A stretch of 61,349 nt of DNA, counting the filler, from Sphacelaria rigidula (taxonomy: Eukaryota), in assembly GCA_964200075.2 (NCBI GenBank). It is 10 parts of 10 records of this genome, joined end to end, with 100 filler letters (N's around TTAATTAATTAA, not from the genome) between each part and the next. Parts side by side here need not be neighbours in the genome. Positions count along the whole stretch, not along the records: positions 6,147 to 12,191 come from CAXNAA020022599.1; positions 12,292 to 18,336 come from CAXNAA020022600.1; positions 18,437 to 24,481 come from CAXNAA020022601.1; 7 more parts are not named here. The stretch is one strand, 5' to 3'. Shown one piece after another: positions 9,739-21,640 of this stretch. How positions within the stretch are numbered: position 1 is the stretch's first letter; each line of letters begins with the position of its first letter. The position numbers were made by a program, and so were the translations under genes. The notes below the pieces were generated by a model that worked only from the letters and a program-made list of their open reading frames with translations, did not search any database and was not told where the DNA came from.

Positions 9739-12191
9739 TGGAGATGCTGGAGCGTCTACTCCCCGGTAAGCAAATTCGAATTCCGTTTTCGCTCGGGGCG
9801 AGGCAGGCCATCACCGCATCGGGACAACATATAAATATGACGGAGCATACGATTCCCCTACAGTTGGCGTTCCTGACTACTTGGGGGCCAGATACATTAC
9901 CCGCAATATCGTTTGCGATCATGCCGGAGACGAATAGTGTCGTTCTGTTGGGCCTACCGACGCTTCGGGGACTCGGAGTCGATCCGTATGATCGGTTGTT
10001 GGAGTCCCTGAAAACGAAAATGCCGTCGCCCGGTTCGAGTGTCGAGACGCCTGCTTTTTTGGCCAGCCGCAGAGTGAGCTTGTCGGTTGATGCTCTCCAG
10101 GAGGCGGGGGGGCAGGTGTCCGAGGAGCGTGATAAGGCGGTGGAACGCTTGGTGGCGCGTGGCCCGGAGATATTTATTGATCCGGCGGATGAGGAGTCCG
10201 CTTGGAATGTTGGGCTGGAGGAGAGCGTGACAGATGCTGGGGCGAAAAGCCTCAGCGTCGCAAAAGCGGAGCGCCTGCGCGGTATATTGCATTGCCGCGT
10301 CAACGCGTTTCGTCGTGCGCTGTGGGGTGATCCCCCTGCGCGCGTGGAGCCCATGGGTATTCAGCCAAAACCTGGGGCGTCCGCGGTGAAGACGAAGCCG
10401 CGGCGGTACGATCCAGTGAAGCCGAGTTGGTTGGCATTGTGCATTGCGGCTCTTTTGGCGCTCGGGTTGGTGTTACGGATTTTGCTGGCGGGGTGGTTCA
10501 GTCCGGATAATGCGTTTCCGAAGAAGGCTACATCGTGGACGGAGGGCAGGCTGCAGGCGTGGGCGGCAGCGAAGGATCTGGTAGCTGATGCAGTAACGCT
10601 GCTCCATCCTCGTCCAGATTGTCATGTATCGATATTTCCGGGTGCATTTGAGCGCCATTGGGATAGTTGTGTAACGCAGATGCCTGATGTAAGATTGCAA
10701 CAACGGTTGCCGGTTGAAGACATGACGCATGAACCGCTGACTTTTCTGAGTGGTAATTTCAAGGGTTCACAGATGCGCTGGGCAAAAATTGACAAGGAAG
10801 GTTTTGCTATAGGGAGCGCTCTTCGTCGTCTTGAGCATTTATTGTGGCATGGCGTACACATTTACACGGTTCACCGAAATCTAGCGTACATTTTCAACCC
10901 GGAGGCATGCGTGACGTCTGTATCGAAGGCCTTGGCACAGCGATTGGAGGGGTGGAAAGGAGTATTAGGACAGTATCGGTACACGATTTGTCACATTTCG
11001 GGTGAACGTAACGCGTGGGGTGACTTGCTATCGCGCTGGGTAAATATTCCCACTTTGCCTGCGCGCGCTGTGGCTGTGCATGATCCGTGCGGACCTGATG
11101 ACTCAATGCCGTCCAAATCTGTTGTCCGCCAAGCGCAACGAAAAGACTTTGGGGCCGAAGATGCGGATGTGCAATGTTTCGAGTCGGACGTTGGTATTGC
11201 TATCTTGGACAATGAAGGTCCGTTTCGTGTGCATGTGCGTAGCCGAAACGTTTTGTGGATTCCGAGTTCTGACAAGCAGCTGCAGGTACGTTTGATGAGG
11301 TGTGGATGCGACGATCGTGCGCTTGAAAGGACTGCTGCCGAGATAGCCCCACCCCTGAACCGGCGAAAAACGTGCACGGAGGCAATGATCATAAATACCG
11401 TTAGAGCTGGTCTCGTGCTGCACGACGCGACTCATTTGGGCGTTATAGCTGATTTCGGACTGCTACACGCCTCTCCTGTGGGCGAAATTGCTACAAACGA
11501 GCCCAATAGTGGGATCGCAGCCGGTTTGTCGGACGGTCCCCGGTGCACTTTCTGTGAGGGGGCTATCACGGCATTCGTCAAAGAGTTTTGTATCTGGAAG
11601 GGGATAGAAACTAAAGTGCGCGAATTTGTCCGCCAGTGTCTTCACTGTGCTGACTCGAGGGCGGGCGATGTTGTTCCCCGTCCGCTCGGTGAAACGGTCC
11701 ATGGGACCACGCCGAATGAAGTCGTCCATTTTGCAAGTGGCCCGCTAGCTTCCCACGGTTTGTCAGAGGATGCTGGATTCCGATACGTTCTGGTCATCAT
11801 GGATGATTTGAGCAATTTCGTAGCTCTGGAACCAGTAGCCGTGTGTACTGCTGAATCGGCTGCTGCGTCTTTGCTGAACTGGTGCAAAACTTTGGGGGTG
11901 CCCCGTGTGTGGGTGAGTGATACCGCCACGCATCTTAAAAATGCGATCTTGGCTCGGTTGCGAGAGGCTTTGCGCGTTGACCACCGGTTTGCGGTAGCGT
12001 ATTCTCCGTGGTCTAACGGTACGTGCGAATGAATGGTAAAGGAAGTAGTTCGTGCTCTTCGCTCTATTCTTCTGGAGTAGCGTCGAGAGGTGACCGAGTG
12101 GGTGGACGTGTTGCCCGCTGTGCAATGGGCGCTAAATACAGCATATCGCCGTCGGCACGATAGTACGCCGTATCACGTGATGTTTGGCCGT
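9739..12191 (+). mobile_element. Ty3/gypsy pol relic (protease C-terminus, RT largely deleted, RNase H, integrase)
   Basis: VVLLGLPTL, GDPPARVEPM, EPLTFLSG...KEGFAI...YTVHRNL...ISGERNAWGDLLSR (RNase H), RQCLHC, VIMDDLS, WVSDTATH, YSPWSNGTCE* (integrase); no YxDD. Confidence 0.92.
11330..11579. mobile_element. 250-bp MITE nested in the gypsy integrase zinc-finger region, 4-bp TSD AAAG
   Basis: Imperfect TIRs GACTGCTGCCGAGATAGCCCC vs GACGAATGCCGTGATAGCCCC (17/21); AAAG at 11326-11329 and 11580-11583; flanks rejoin as GVDATIVRLK-EFCIW. Confidence 0.8.
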
Positions 12192-12291
12192 NNNNNNNNN
12201 NNNNNNNNNNNNNNNNNNNNNNNNNNNNNNNNNNNTTAATTAATTAANNNNNNNNNNNNNNNNNNNNNNNNNNNNNNNNNNNNNNNNNNNN

Positions 12292-12355
12292 GACTACTGA
12301 TAAGTCAGCGCTGACTTGTCAGTAGTCTAGTTGGTTGTCTCTTAAACCGTCACAG
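12292..12355. repeat. Loop-less palindrome centred on GTCAGCGCTGAC, continuing into a tRNA-like SINE head
   Basis: 18-bp arms with one mismatch (left arm cut by contig start), then A-box-like TAGTCTAGTTGG and CCGTCAC; same layout at 43556-43639. Confidence 0.7.
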
Positions 12356-13540
12356 GTCTCATAATGCATGGTGCTCACTGTCGTGGTGGTAACGCGAGAC
12401 GTTGTTCACGTTCGACAACAGCGATATCGTTTTGTTGAGCGATACTAGACTTATCTGAACGACGCGAACGTGGACAATGAATATGTGATTTGCGCGAGAT
12501 ATGTCCCCCTTTCGCCGTTCATTGAGTCGTGCTCCCGATTGAAGCCGCATCCCGGGACAGGAGACAACAAGGAAGGTGTAAACGCAAATACATCGACGTA
12601 TGAGTATTGTCTCTGTAATGCACCACTGGATCCAAGGGATCCGCAAGCACATGTACCCCCTTCTGTTCGCGAGCATGATGAGCATGGTCCCCACGACGAT
12701 ATACTGATATACATTAGGCAGTGTACATGTTCATTGTTACAGACCTGATATATCGTTGATGTTTCGCTCAGCTTTGCTTTAGTGAAAGTAGGGCGAATAA
12801 GGAGTGCACCACAGATGGCACTCGACTTTTTACGTGGCCCTATAGCACCCCCACCCGCCCCCGTGTCTTCGGCAAACACACAGTCAATAGTAAGGGGTAT
12901 ACAGTTAGGGCGCATGATTCATGATTCAAGATACGTTTTTTGGTCTGTTTTTGGTGGGTTCAACAGGAGGAGGAGGGGGGTGCGGAGAGGGCTATCGTAC
13001 CTTATGCATAACTTCGTGTGGGTAACATCAAAGACTAGTATACCAACAATTCAAGCACAAATCTCGCATGGTGCAGTATACATAATGAAACAGTTGTACT
13101 GCTGCGTTCCGAAAGCGTTGCTATGTATAAGGGACAAAAAACAGCCTGGATCCGTGTTTGAGATTCAACATTTGGGTGAGGTTCAACTCGAAAACAGTGC
13201 TTTCCCTGACCGAAAGCCATGACCAATGGATTTCATGCGGACGACCTCATGCCCCCAGATCTCCTTAAAACTATTAGTAAAGTATACATGCAGCTCGACC
13301 ACACGGTTACGACTTCTTCTTCTTCTCGGTTAATAGTAGGTCCCGTGAGTCGTTGTAAACAGTAAACTACGGCAGTCACTCACTGACTTACCATTAACTA
13401 GATATATACGTGGAATAACCCGCGATGAACACAGTGGTAATCGTGTCCACGACCCCCATCGTGATTAAAAAAATCGCTCAAATCACCGCACCGGCACTCA
13501 GGTAACAACAACACTCTAGATTTTTCAACACCAGGGTGAA

Positions 13541-14570
13541 ATGAGGATACTCAGAGGTTACCTGGTAATGACACGCGAGCTCAAATCTGAGTACTTTTCA
13601 GGCGCTTTAACCGTACACTTGGGTAACACGTGTCCGCCCGTTGCTCGTTCGGATACGAAGTGGCACGAGTTGTTGAAAAGTGACTCCATGTATGCGTTCA
13701 ATGGTGCGAACGTTCGTGACTTGATTCCAGCAGTCAAGATCGCAAAAGCTTCGCAGTCCAAAAAGTGGGGGGTTCGCTGACTTTCGGAACCCCCGCGTCG
13801 TGTAGACCGTCGTATAATTCATCATTCGCGAAAATGAAACCACATCCAAGCGGAATCCAACAATTTGCGCCCGGGCCAACCGCCAATAACTACTGTACCC
13901 GATTAGTTTATTGTTGCATTTCACGCAAGTCTGTTGGGTAAGCTTCCTTCATATTGCATTGATTGGAAGCAGGGATGGCCGCTGCTTCAGAAGCAGCGAC
14001 TACCGCCCCAATGCGGGCTTCATGCTCGTGAGTGTGACAGCGAGCGTGACGTGCGTCTAGCGCATGTACGGCAAACTACTACAGATTGACCCGGCGATGA
14101 AGGCTGGAGACGAACGCCTCCTTGACGTTCTCCCATTGATCATGACCGTTTTCTTTTTACTTTGTTGATATGATGATGCTGACGATATTTCAGATGCGGT
14201 GCAGGAATATAGCACAAAAGCATACCACCAAAAAAAGTTACCGCAAAAAGATGGCGCTTGGCTCGCATACAAATATTGCTTCCGAGTTAATAACTAACTA
14301 TGCGAGACTCTGCGTGCATGTGTTGCCCCACGGTTCAACCGAACCCATGAGACCAATGCTACTACTCCGTTAGTCCCGCAACGGGTAAGCTTGAGGATAT
14401 CTTGACTGCGGGAGTATTTGTGCGTTCAAACCATGTAACACACAATTTCGAATTGGCTCGAATTGATGGTAATACATCAGTGGAAGAAATCGCGAGTGTC
14501 TCATCATACGACATGTTGTACGTTGCCAGATAACGACTTGCAAGGATGTTCATCTACTCGCCTGTATAGA
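13541..14570 (+). pseudogene. Possible decayed intronless coding sequence of unknown origin
   Basis: Protein-like segments (MRILRGYLVMTRELK..., MYGKLLQIDPAMKAGDERLLDVLPL..., GKLEDILTAGVFVRS...) linked by stops and frameshifts; no recognisable domain. Confidence 0.3.
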
Positions 14571-14858
14571 AGGGGAGGGCGCCCTAGTTGTGTACATGTA
14601 CGAATTTCATACAAAGGTATACCGCGAGGCGTGAACACCTGGGTCGTGGAGCAGCTGAAATCAACTTTCGAGCAACGTCCGATCGGCTGCGTGTTTACAT
14701 CTTAGAATGATTGCCAGTGTAGTCCTTCTGCCGGTACGTTGTGGTGGAGAGATTCGTACGTACTTCGTATGGATATATATAGTCATTCAACTTTTCGTCG
14801 TTGTCCTTCCTTCGCGTTTCCCGAAGACGAAACCATCAGCACTGATCACGGACTTATA

Positions 14859-15034
14859 ATGGCAGAAATTGTTCCTCGCATGTCGTGTTTTTCCGGGAAC
14901 AAGCAGTCAACCCAAGAGAAGAATGCCATCCCTTCCCGACGCCTTCACGAGATGAAGGAGTACTTCCTCCGTCACCCGCGAGTACACCCTGGGTTCCAGC
15001 AGCAGCAGCAGCAGCAGCAACAGCAACAGCAGCA

Positions 15035-15085
<51 letters not shown>

Positions 15086-16668
15086 TAATCCACACGACCC
15101 CCAACAACATCAGCGACACCCGTTCTTCGATACTCAATCTTTCCGTTCATCTCGGCAACAAGACATGATCGCTGTCGAAAACCCTAATATCGTCATTACC
15201 AACGGTCGTCGTGACAATACTGGCACACACCACGATATTGGCGGCGGCACCGGAACCGGCGGTGTGGCAATCGTCGAGCGCGTCCTGTGGAACGAAATCG
15301 CCAAGCCCTTTTCCTCGGTAACCGCGGCGTCCGCAGACGGCGGCGGTGGCAGCGGCGGAGGTGGCGGCGGTGGCTCCAGCGCCGGTGATGTGTCCAGTTC
15401 CGCTTTATCTGACGAACCCGTTGGACACTCTGAGCGTATCGTTAACACCCACGGCGGGGGTGACGATGGAGGGGACATCGGGAATGAGTTTGATCCTCAA
15501 GCGGATTGTCGCCAGGGAGGCAGCGGCGGCGGTGGTGGCGTCGGCGACGGGGTAAATCATCACGATGCCGAACAGGCCGTGGCGGGTGGCATTCTGGCCG
15601 CCGCCGGCAGCCCCACATCGTCCTTCTGGCCTGATGCCGGGGAACCCGTCAATGTGAATACATCCTTCCCGTGGGATTTACAGCTCCCGAACCCTGCGCC
15701 GCCTCTTGCCCTTCCGCACCCGCCTACTCTAAGCCTCCGCGCTGGAGGGTCACAACAAGAACCCGTCTTTTCCCGGCATTCTATCCGCAGCGGCGGCGGT
15801 ATGGGTGACAACCCGACGTCTAGCAGCTGTGGGTTTGACTTGTCGAGCGGGAACATCGATCGCGGCAGCAGCGGCGGTTTTTCGGACAGTTACTCCGGTG
15901 CTCTGCGTGGTTGGACTTCGAGCGTATCCCAGTCTTCGGACGCGTGTTTGACCCCCTGGGGGCTAGGTAGCACCGGCGGCGGCACCGGTGGCGACGGTAG
16001 CTATTCAATGATGCCGCGCCACATGAGCGACGGCGGTGGTGCCCGGCGGGGTGGCGGTGGGGGAGGAGGCTCGCGGGATACCCTTGATAACGTTGACCTA
16101 CCACCACCACCGGTGGCGTCTGGAAGCAACAGTAGCACTGGCTCCCTGAACAACCTGGGCATGATGATGTCGGGCGGCAGCAGCAATTTCGGGCGTTCTA
16201 GCCTTGGACAGCATGGCTTGGACCGGTTTGCCGGCTCGGATCTGCACCCCACCATCTCCTCCCTCTCGGCGTCTCTGAAGCTAGAGCCTACCAACGGGAA
16301 GCTACGGGCGCCATCATCAATCGTTTTCAATCTCCACGCCGGCGGTGGCGGCATCGGTGATGTGAGCGATGGCAGCGGTGGTGGCTTCCGCGTTAAGCGT
16401 GAGAGGGACGATGACCGTACCGGCGACGCCGCAGCATTCTCCAACGGAATAATCAGTCGCACAATCCAGAGCAACAAGCGCCAGGCGCGTGTGGTCCCTG
16501 GCGGGACCGAGAGTTTGATGGTGAGCGGCGGCAGCGGGGGCGGTGGGGGGAGAGGTGGTCAATCCGGGGGTGCCAAGAGTGGTGGAAGCGCTGGCGGTGG
16601 TGGAGGCCGGTCGCAGTTGGGCGCCACCAGGAAGGCTCCTGCCAGTAGCCGGAGGTGCCGCCACGAAG
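14859..16668 (+). CDS. Large exon of a polyQ/Gly-Ser-rich protein ending at the start of a Cys/His motif (RRCRHEG-), probable EsV-1-7-like or WRKY19-like zinc-finger protein; partial gene
   Basis: About 600 open codons, Q29 tract, GC-rich codon pattern, pyrimidine tract plus AAG acceptor at 14824-14826, in-frame ATG at 14859, donor G|GTGAGC at 16668/16669. Family assignment rests on only ~7 residues. Confidence 0.75.
14997..15083 (+). repeat. Coding (CAG/CAA)29 polyglutamine tract
   Basis: Read directly from the sequence. Confidence 0.97.
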
Positions 16669-16718
16669 GTGAGCTTTTGTTGGCATCCATTTATCTTTAT
16701 CAGAGCGTAGGGACAGCG

Positions 16719-16719
16719 G

Positions 16720-16787
<68 letters not shown>
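16719..16787 (+). repeat. Intronic (GTT)23 microsatellite
   Basis: Read directly; lies 50 nt after the splice donor at 16669. Confidence 0.95.
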
Positions 16788-18436
16788 GCTATTGGTTGAT
16801 TGTGCGGCGTGTGCTTTGTTCGCGCACAATTCTACGACACACACGTACATCCACACGATTATCTCTAGGCCGAGCTTGTCAGGCTTGTCGCACGGAATCA
16901 GATCGTTTTCACGCCCTGCGGCCTACTTGTAATGTATCGGTTCACTTCACATCACGGTATACTCCTATCACGTGCTACGCCACATTTCCCGAATGGTAAC
17001 AAACGTATACTCGTCCACCTTCTGATGTATTGAGCAAATGAGCATCGGAACTAACCAAGTTGAGTTTAAATCAACGCAGTCACGGAAAGACACGGCTGCG
17101 AAGCATTCCTCCACACTTTTCTCCCACGGCAGCGACCCAGTGCTGGGTGTAGCTCCGCCAGGAGTGTACTGTGCTTACCAAAGTTTTCAGCTTTCTACAG
17201 TCAAGATACTCGCGCTGTGAATTTGTAAAGACGAAGCTCGACGGTGACAATTTTGCGGTCACCAGGATCTATGACCGCCATGTATGTGATTGTTTTTTGC
17301 CAACCTCAAATCTTACCCAAATCCCAATCCAATTTACGCCCTCGAGCAAAGGCTGGTGCCGAGGGATGCAGTAGGCAAATTGTGCATTGGCAGAGCTTAC
17401 ATCGGCGCCGGGTTTGTCGATGTGTTCCCCTCGCTGGCGAGCACCTGTCGGCCTCTCGAAGGTCCGCCCACCGCCCCCGCTGCCTGCTTGTGCTCGGTGT
17501 ATTTCTGCTGAGCTATGGTATGACGCGTTCAGCTGGATGTGCACAACTCCGGGAGTATGCTCACGTATGTCGACGTATAAGGTGCATCACTGGCGCTTCC
17601 AAATCCCCACACTTCGTAGTATCACCACGCATGCACTAAATGATGGGGAAGTATGGCTATTCCCTTTTCTTAGGCCCACCGTCCTTCCTTGTGCGAGTAA
17701 ACAGTACAGCACGGCACTATTTCCCCCCTCCCAAATGGCAGAGTTTGGAGCCACACACGATCTTGCAAAATAGTGAATCCAACGAGGGTCAACGCCATCG
17801 TCGGGTGGGGGACGGTGTTTATGCAGCCATAGTATTTTGGTTGTGCGGGAGTGAAGCCCATGGGGGGGGCGCTGCCTAAGCTATGACTCCATCTGCGGCC
17901 GCAGAAAAGGCAGAATTCCGGGTTTTTGCGCAGAAAAGTGGCCGCGCAAAAGACAGTAGGAAAACCAAAATGTGTAGGAGATTTTCAGAAAATACAGCAG
18001 ATTTCAAAGAGGGTTGAGCATAATTGGGACTGCCTGGCGCAGATTTCCGGTAGGACAGCGCAGACTTGCGATTTCCCCGGGCAAAAAACCTGCAGGGTCC
18101 TACACGTTACACGTTCATGTATCACGTTTCACGTCAAAAGTCAAGCCAGGCTAGTACTACGGTGGGGGACGGGGATCACGTGGGGAGCTCGGTTCAAAGG
18201 TCAAGTCAAATCAGGGCTCCCCACTTGTTCCCCCACCGTATTACTAGCCAAGCTTAACCCTTAGACAAGGGGCCCTACAGACTGGAAAACAGTGTTCACC
18301 CCCCCAATTTCCCGAAAACCTCATTCTGGGCGACGGNNNNNNNNNNNNNNNNNNNNNNNNNNNNNNNNNNNNNNNNNNNNTTAATTAATTAANNNNNNNN
18401 NNNNNNNNNNNNNNNNNNNNNNNNNNNNNNNNNNNN

Positions 18437-18505
18437 CTCCGTCTCGAAAGGGATGCGTGGTCAATGGTCAAATGACTAAGGCAAGCAACAAATGAGTACG
18501 CCCCT
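18437..18505 (+). mobile_element. LINE 3' terminus
   Basis: Encodes PSRKGCVVNGQMTKASNK*; near-identical to the end of the longer LINE fragment at 50085-50410. Confidence 0.75.
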
Positions 18506-18896
18506 GAGCGGGTTATATATTTTAGTTGACGGAGACTGCCACCATAAGGACTATCGTAGGCTTGCTTTGCTACTTGTTTTTGACAGGGTTGAAACTCTTT
18601 CGATCTGAGTAAATCGTTTTGGAGCGACCTATCGCCTGTAGCATCTTCTTTTTTTCATACACTTGATTTCCATTGTCACTTGGCGCCAGTCTCTTGAAAG
18701 CAGGTCCGGGACGAAAGACTCCCGACCATGCTACTGTACGTGAAGTTTTTTCAACTCGCCTATTTTTCTTCGCAAGGAACGGGATATGCTGGCTACGCAT
18801 TTCTACTGTTTTTTCATGTGCTTTCTATCTTCAAACATCGCTTCTTCTTTTCCTTTCTTCTTTGCGCGCGCGGGCTGGGGTGTCGGCGGAAAACAG

Positions 18897-19022
18897 CAAG
18901 AGCTAGACCAGTTCTTGTCAAAGGCGGCTAGCTTGGATCAGCAAAGAGTGGCGGAAGCTCTGAAGGTGGCTCTGGCACAATCGGATTGGCGAGCAAGGAG
19001 TAAATCGTTAACGGTTGTTGAG
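18897..19022 (+). CDS. Tepsin/MTV1-like (AP-4 accessory, second VHS/ENTH-like domain) internal exon A
   Basis: CAG acceptor, GTAAGC donor, 126 nt, phase 0/0: QELDQFLSKAASLDQQRVAEALKVALAQSDWRARSKSLTVVE; resembles the tepsin/MTV1 C-terminal VHS-like helices as I recall them. Confidence 0.75.
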
Positions 19023-19523
19023 GTAAGCTGTACGATAAGTTGTTCCTCTGCCCTACTACCGCTTTATCAATCTTTTTCCCCTTTTTTTTCGCTTACAGTA
19101 CTCGTATCATCATCTGTTTCAGAAACGATGCGTCATCTGCTTGATGAGTCCCCTTCATGGACTACGGTTGATAGTAGCGAGTCCGATTATTATCGGAGAG
19201 CCGTCGTAGGGGATGGGATGGGACCGGACCGGACAGGTACGTGGAGTGTCCAAGTGATGCTGAGGAGATATTTGTGTGTGTGTGAGTCTGTGTGAGTCTG
19301 TGTGAGTCTGTGTGAGTCAGTGTCTTCCCTTCTGCGATCGAGAGGTTGTTGGCCTGCGCGTCATCTTTTTTTTTTCTATGGAAGCTCGTAAATGTTGACA
19401 GTATCTCTCTTGACTATTTATGAAAACGTCATTCGACGCCGCCTGCTCGTGGAGAACTGAAACCGCGCGTCGGACAGATCAGGATCCGTCAGAAAATGAT
19501 TTCCACTCAGTACACAAATCCGG

Positions 19524-19850
19524 GTCATGATCTAGATCATGATCGGTATTGTTCGGTCCCCCTTTTCCATGTTTGTTCTCTACAGCGCCGGACGCCGTAC
19601 ATGCCGAGTAGCGCGAAGGTTGTGCTTTGGCTTCTCTGACGCCGCGGTCACAGATTTTTGTGTTTTTGGACCAGCGGATCAGAGAGTCATGATCTAGATC
19701 ATGATCGGTATTGTTCGGTCCCCCTTTTCCATGTTTGTTCTCTACAGCGCCGGACGCCGTACATGCCGAGTAGCGCGAAGGTTGTGCTTTGGCTTCTCTG
19801 ACGCCGCGGTCACAGATTTTTGTGTTTTTGGACCAGCGGATCAGAGAGTC
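19524..19850. repeat. Tandem duplication, 2 x 162 bp, apparently identical
   Basis: Unit starts GTCATGATCTAGATCATGATCGG at 19524 and 19686; intronic. Confidence 0.93.
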
Positions 19851-19981
19851 TCCTTCTTTATTACTTCTTTCAGACGGAGCATCATCTGTATCATCAGTAT
19901 TTATTTTTGTTATCATCATCACCATCATAATCATCATCATTATAATCATAATCATCATTCATTTTTGTCATTGTAGTTGTC

Positions 19982-19984
<3 letters not shown>

Positions 19985-20050
<66 letters not shown>
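19985..20050. repeat. (TAG)n microsatellite
   Basis: Read directly. Confidence 0.95.
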
Positions 20051-20051
<1 letters not shown>

Positions 20052-20364
20052 CGCTCGCCTGTGGCGTCGATTTCGACGAAAGTGCGTTCTGTGAACGCTA
20101 ACGCTATAATAGAAGTACTCGGGACAGTCACCACTACTAAGGATCTGGATATCGCTGTTCACTCTCATCAAGCCAAGAAATTGAACTCCGGAAAAATTCT
20201 CACTGATCAAGCGGTAACTTCTACTGCAATTAACGATCGCGATCAGGTGATCGGAAGCTACAATACGCCTTTTCTTTTGCGCCCTTACGTTTTTTTTTTT
20301 TTTTTTTTTACCATTTTGGTTTTTTATGTTTATCCTTTTTTACAGGATGGGATAAGTTCCAATC

Positions 20365-20670
20365 CGCACAGTGGGGATGGTTGTACTGCGTGGTGTTCAA
20401 ATGATGAACACCCACGAGGCAGCGTATAAGCCGTGGCTGTCTCTGCAAGTGGCGATACCAGAAAATGAAGCAATTTACCGGAGGCTGTTTTCCAAACGCG
20501 AGATAATCAGAAGGCTTCGGGCCGAACACTCCTAGCATGATGCAGTTCATCTTTCATGCGACTCGTCGAACACATCACGGCGCTCCGCGCTTGGTGAGTC
20601 CCGGCTTTGTAAGAATGCAGGGTCAAAGGTCTAATGACAACGGCATGCGTGATCATGAGTACACCCCCCG
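20365..20670 (+). mobile_element. SINE-like family A copy (intronic, internally deleted)
   Basis: GAGGCAGCGTATAAGCCGTGGCTGTCTCTG...GATCATGAGTACACCCCC. Confidence 0.8.
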
Positions 20671-21045
20671 GGTTATCGAGCTTTGCGTCGTGCATCGGGC
20701 ATCATTTCGTTATCGACGTGTGTGTAAACAACTTTGAGGCGTGATTTTCATCTATAGGCGGCACTCTCTCGCTACGAGAGCTTGCGTCTGTGACCACGAC
20801 TTCCAGCGATTGGGCTAATGGGCGGAACTACTACTACTTCTACTACAACTACTAGTGATGTGTTGCGCTAATTTTTCATTCAAGGGAGGATTATTATTCT
20901 AAAATTACGCGAAAAAAAAAAATGCGGATGATATTTTCAAGGGCGTCTTCCTGTTCGTTTTAAATATAATTTTGGTCTGTTCCTTCTCCGTACGTCCGTC
21001 CGTTTCGTCCCGCTGCCCCTCTGGTGTCTCTCCCGCACGTGGAAG

Positions 21046-21141
21046 GCGCTATACCGATCCGACCCTTCTTACCGTATCCCTCTCGAAGACGCATTCGGAG
21101 ACCCCGAAGAAGGCGTTATACCCGTGTGTGGGGACTCAAAG
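21046..21141 (+). CDS. Tepsin/MTV1-like internal exon B
   Basis: Long pyrimidine tract plus AAG acceptor, GTGCGA donor, 96 nt, phase 0/0: ALYRSDPSYRIPLEDAFGDPEEGVIPVCGDSK; joins exons A and C in frame. Confidence 0.7.
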
Positions 21142-21583
21142 GTGCGACAACCGTACATTCGGGGTACTGTACCACATCGTTTTGACTAGAAGCTGTTGTT
21201 TATTTTTTATATTCTATTCTTAAAAATGAGTACAAAAGTGAACACCGAAATGTTGAGTGGCGCCTGGCCTCCTGCAGCGATCGCAGATCAACTTTCGCCT
21301 ATCATCATCATCCAACCTAGCGGCCGCGTGTTTCACGCCTTTAAGGATGGGTGCTTGTGTAAATTATTTGTTGCCTTGTGCTGGTGTGCCGGTGTGCTGG
21401 AGGAAGACCTTTCGTGTTTTCACAAAAGCATTTTGTAGTACTTTTTTCGAGATACTGTCATTATTTTACGATTTTCTATTACCCTAGCTTGAGGTAGTTA
21501 GCCTGTGACGACGGAAGGCGTCCGCATCAAATGCCCTGTTTAGAGTACTGCGCAGATATCGGAGTGGTTTTTAATGTGAAGAG

Positions 21584-21639
<56 letters not shown>

Positions 21640-21640
21640 C
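21584..21640. repeat. (ACA)n microsatellite
   Basis: Read directly. Confidence 0.95.

Noticed and set aside
16669..16799. Poly-Val C-terminus of the 686-aa ORF
   Set aside because: Read-through past a strong splice donor into an intronic (GTT)n.
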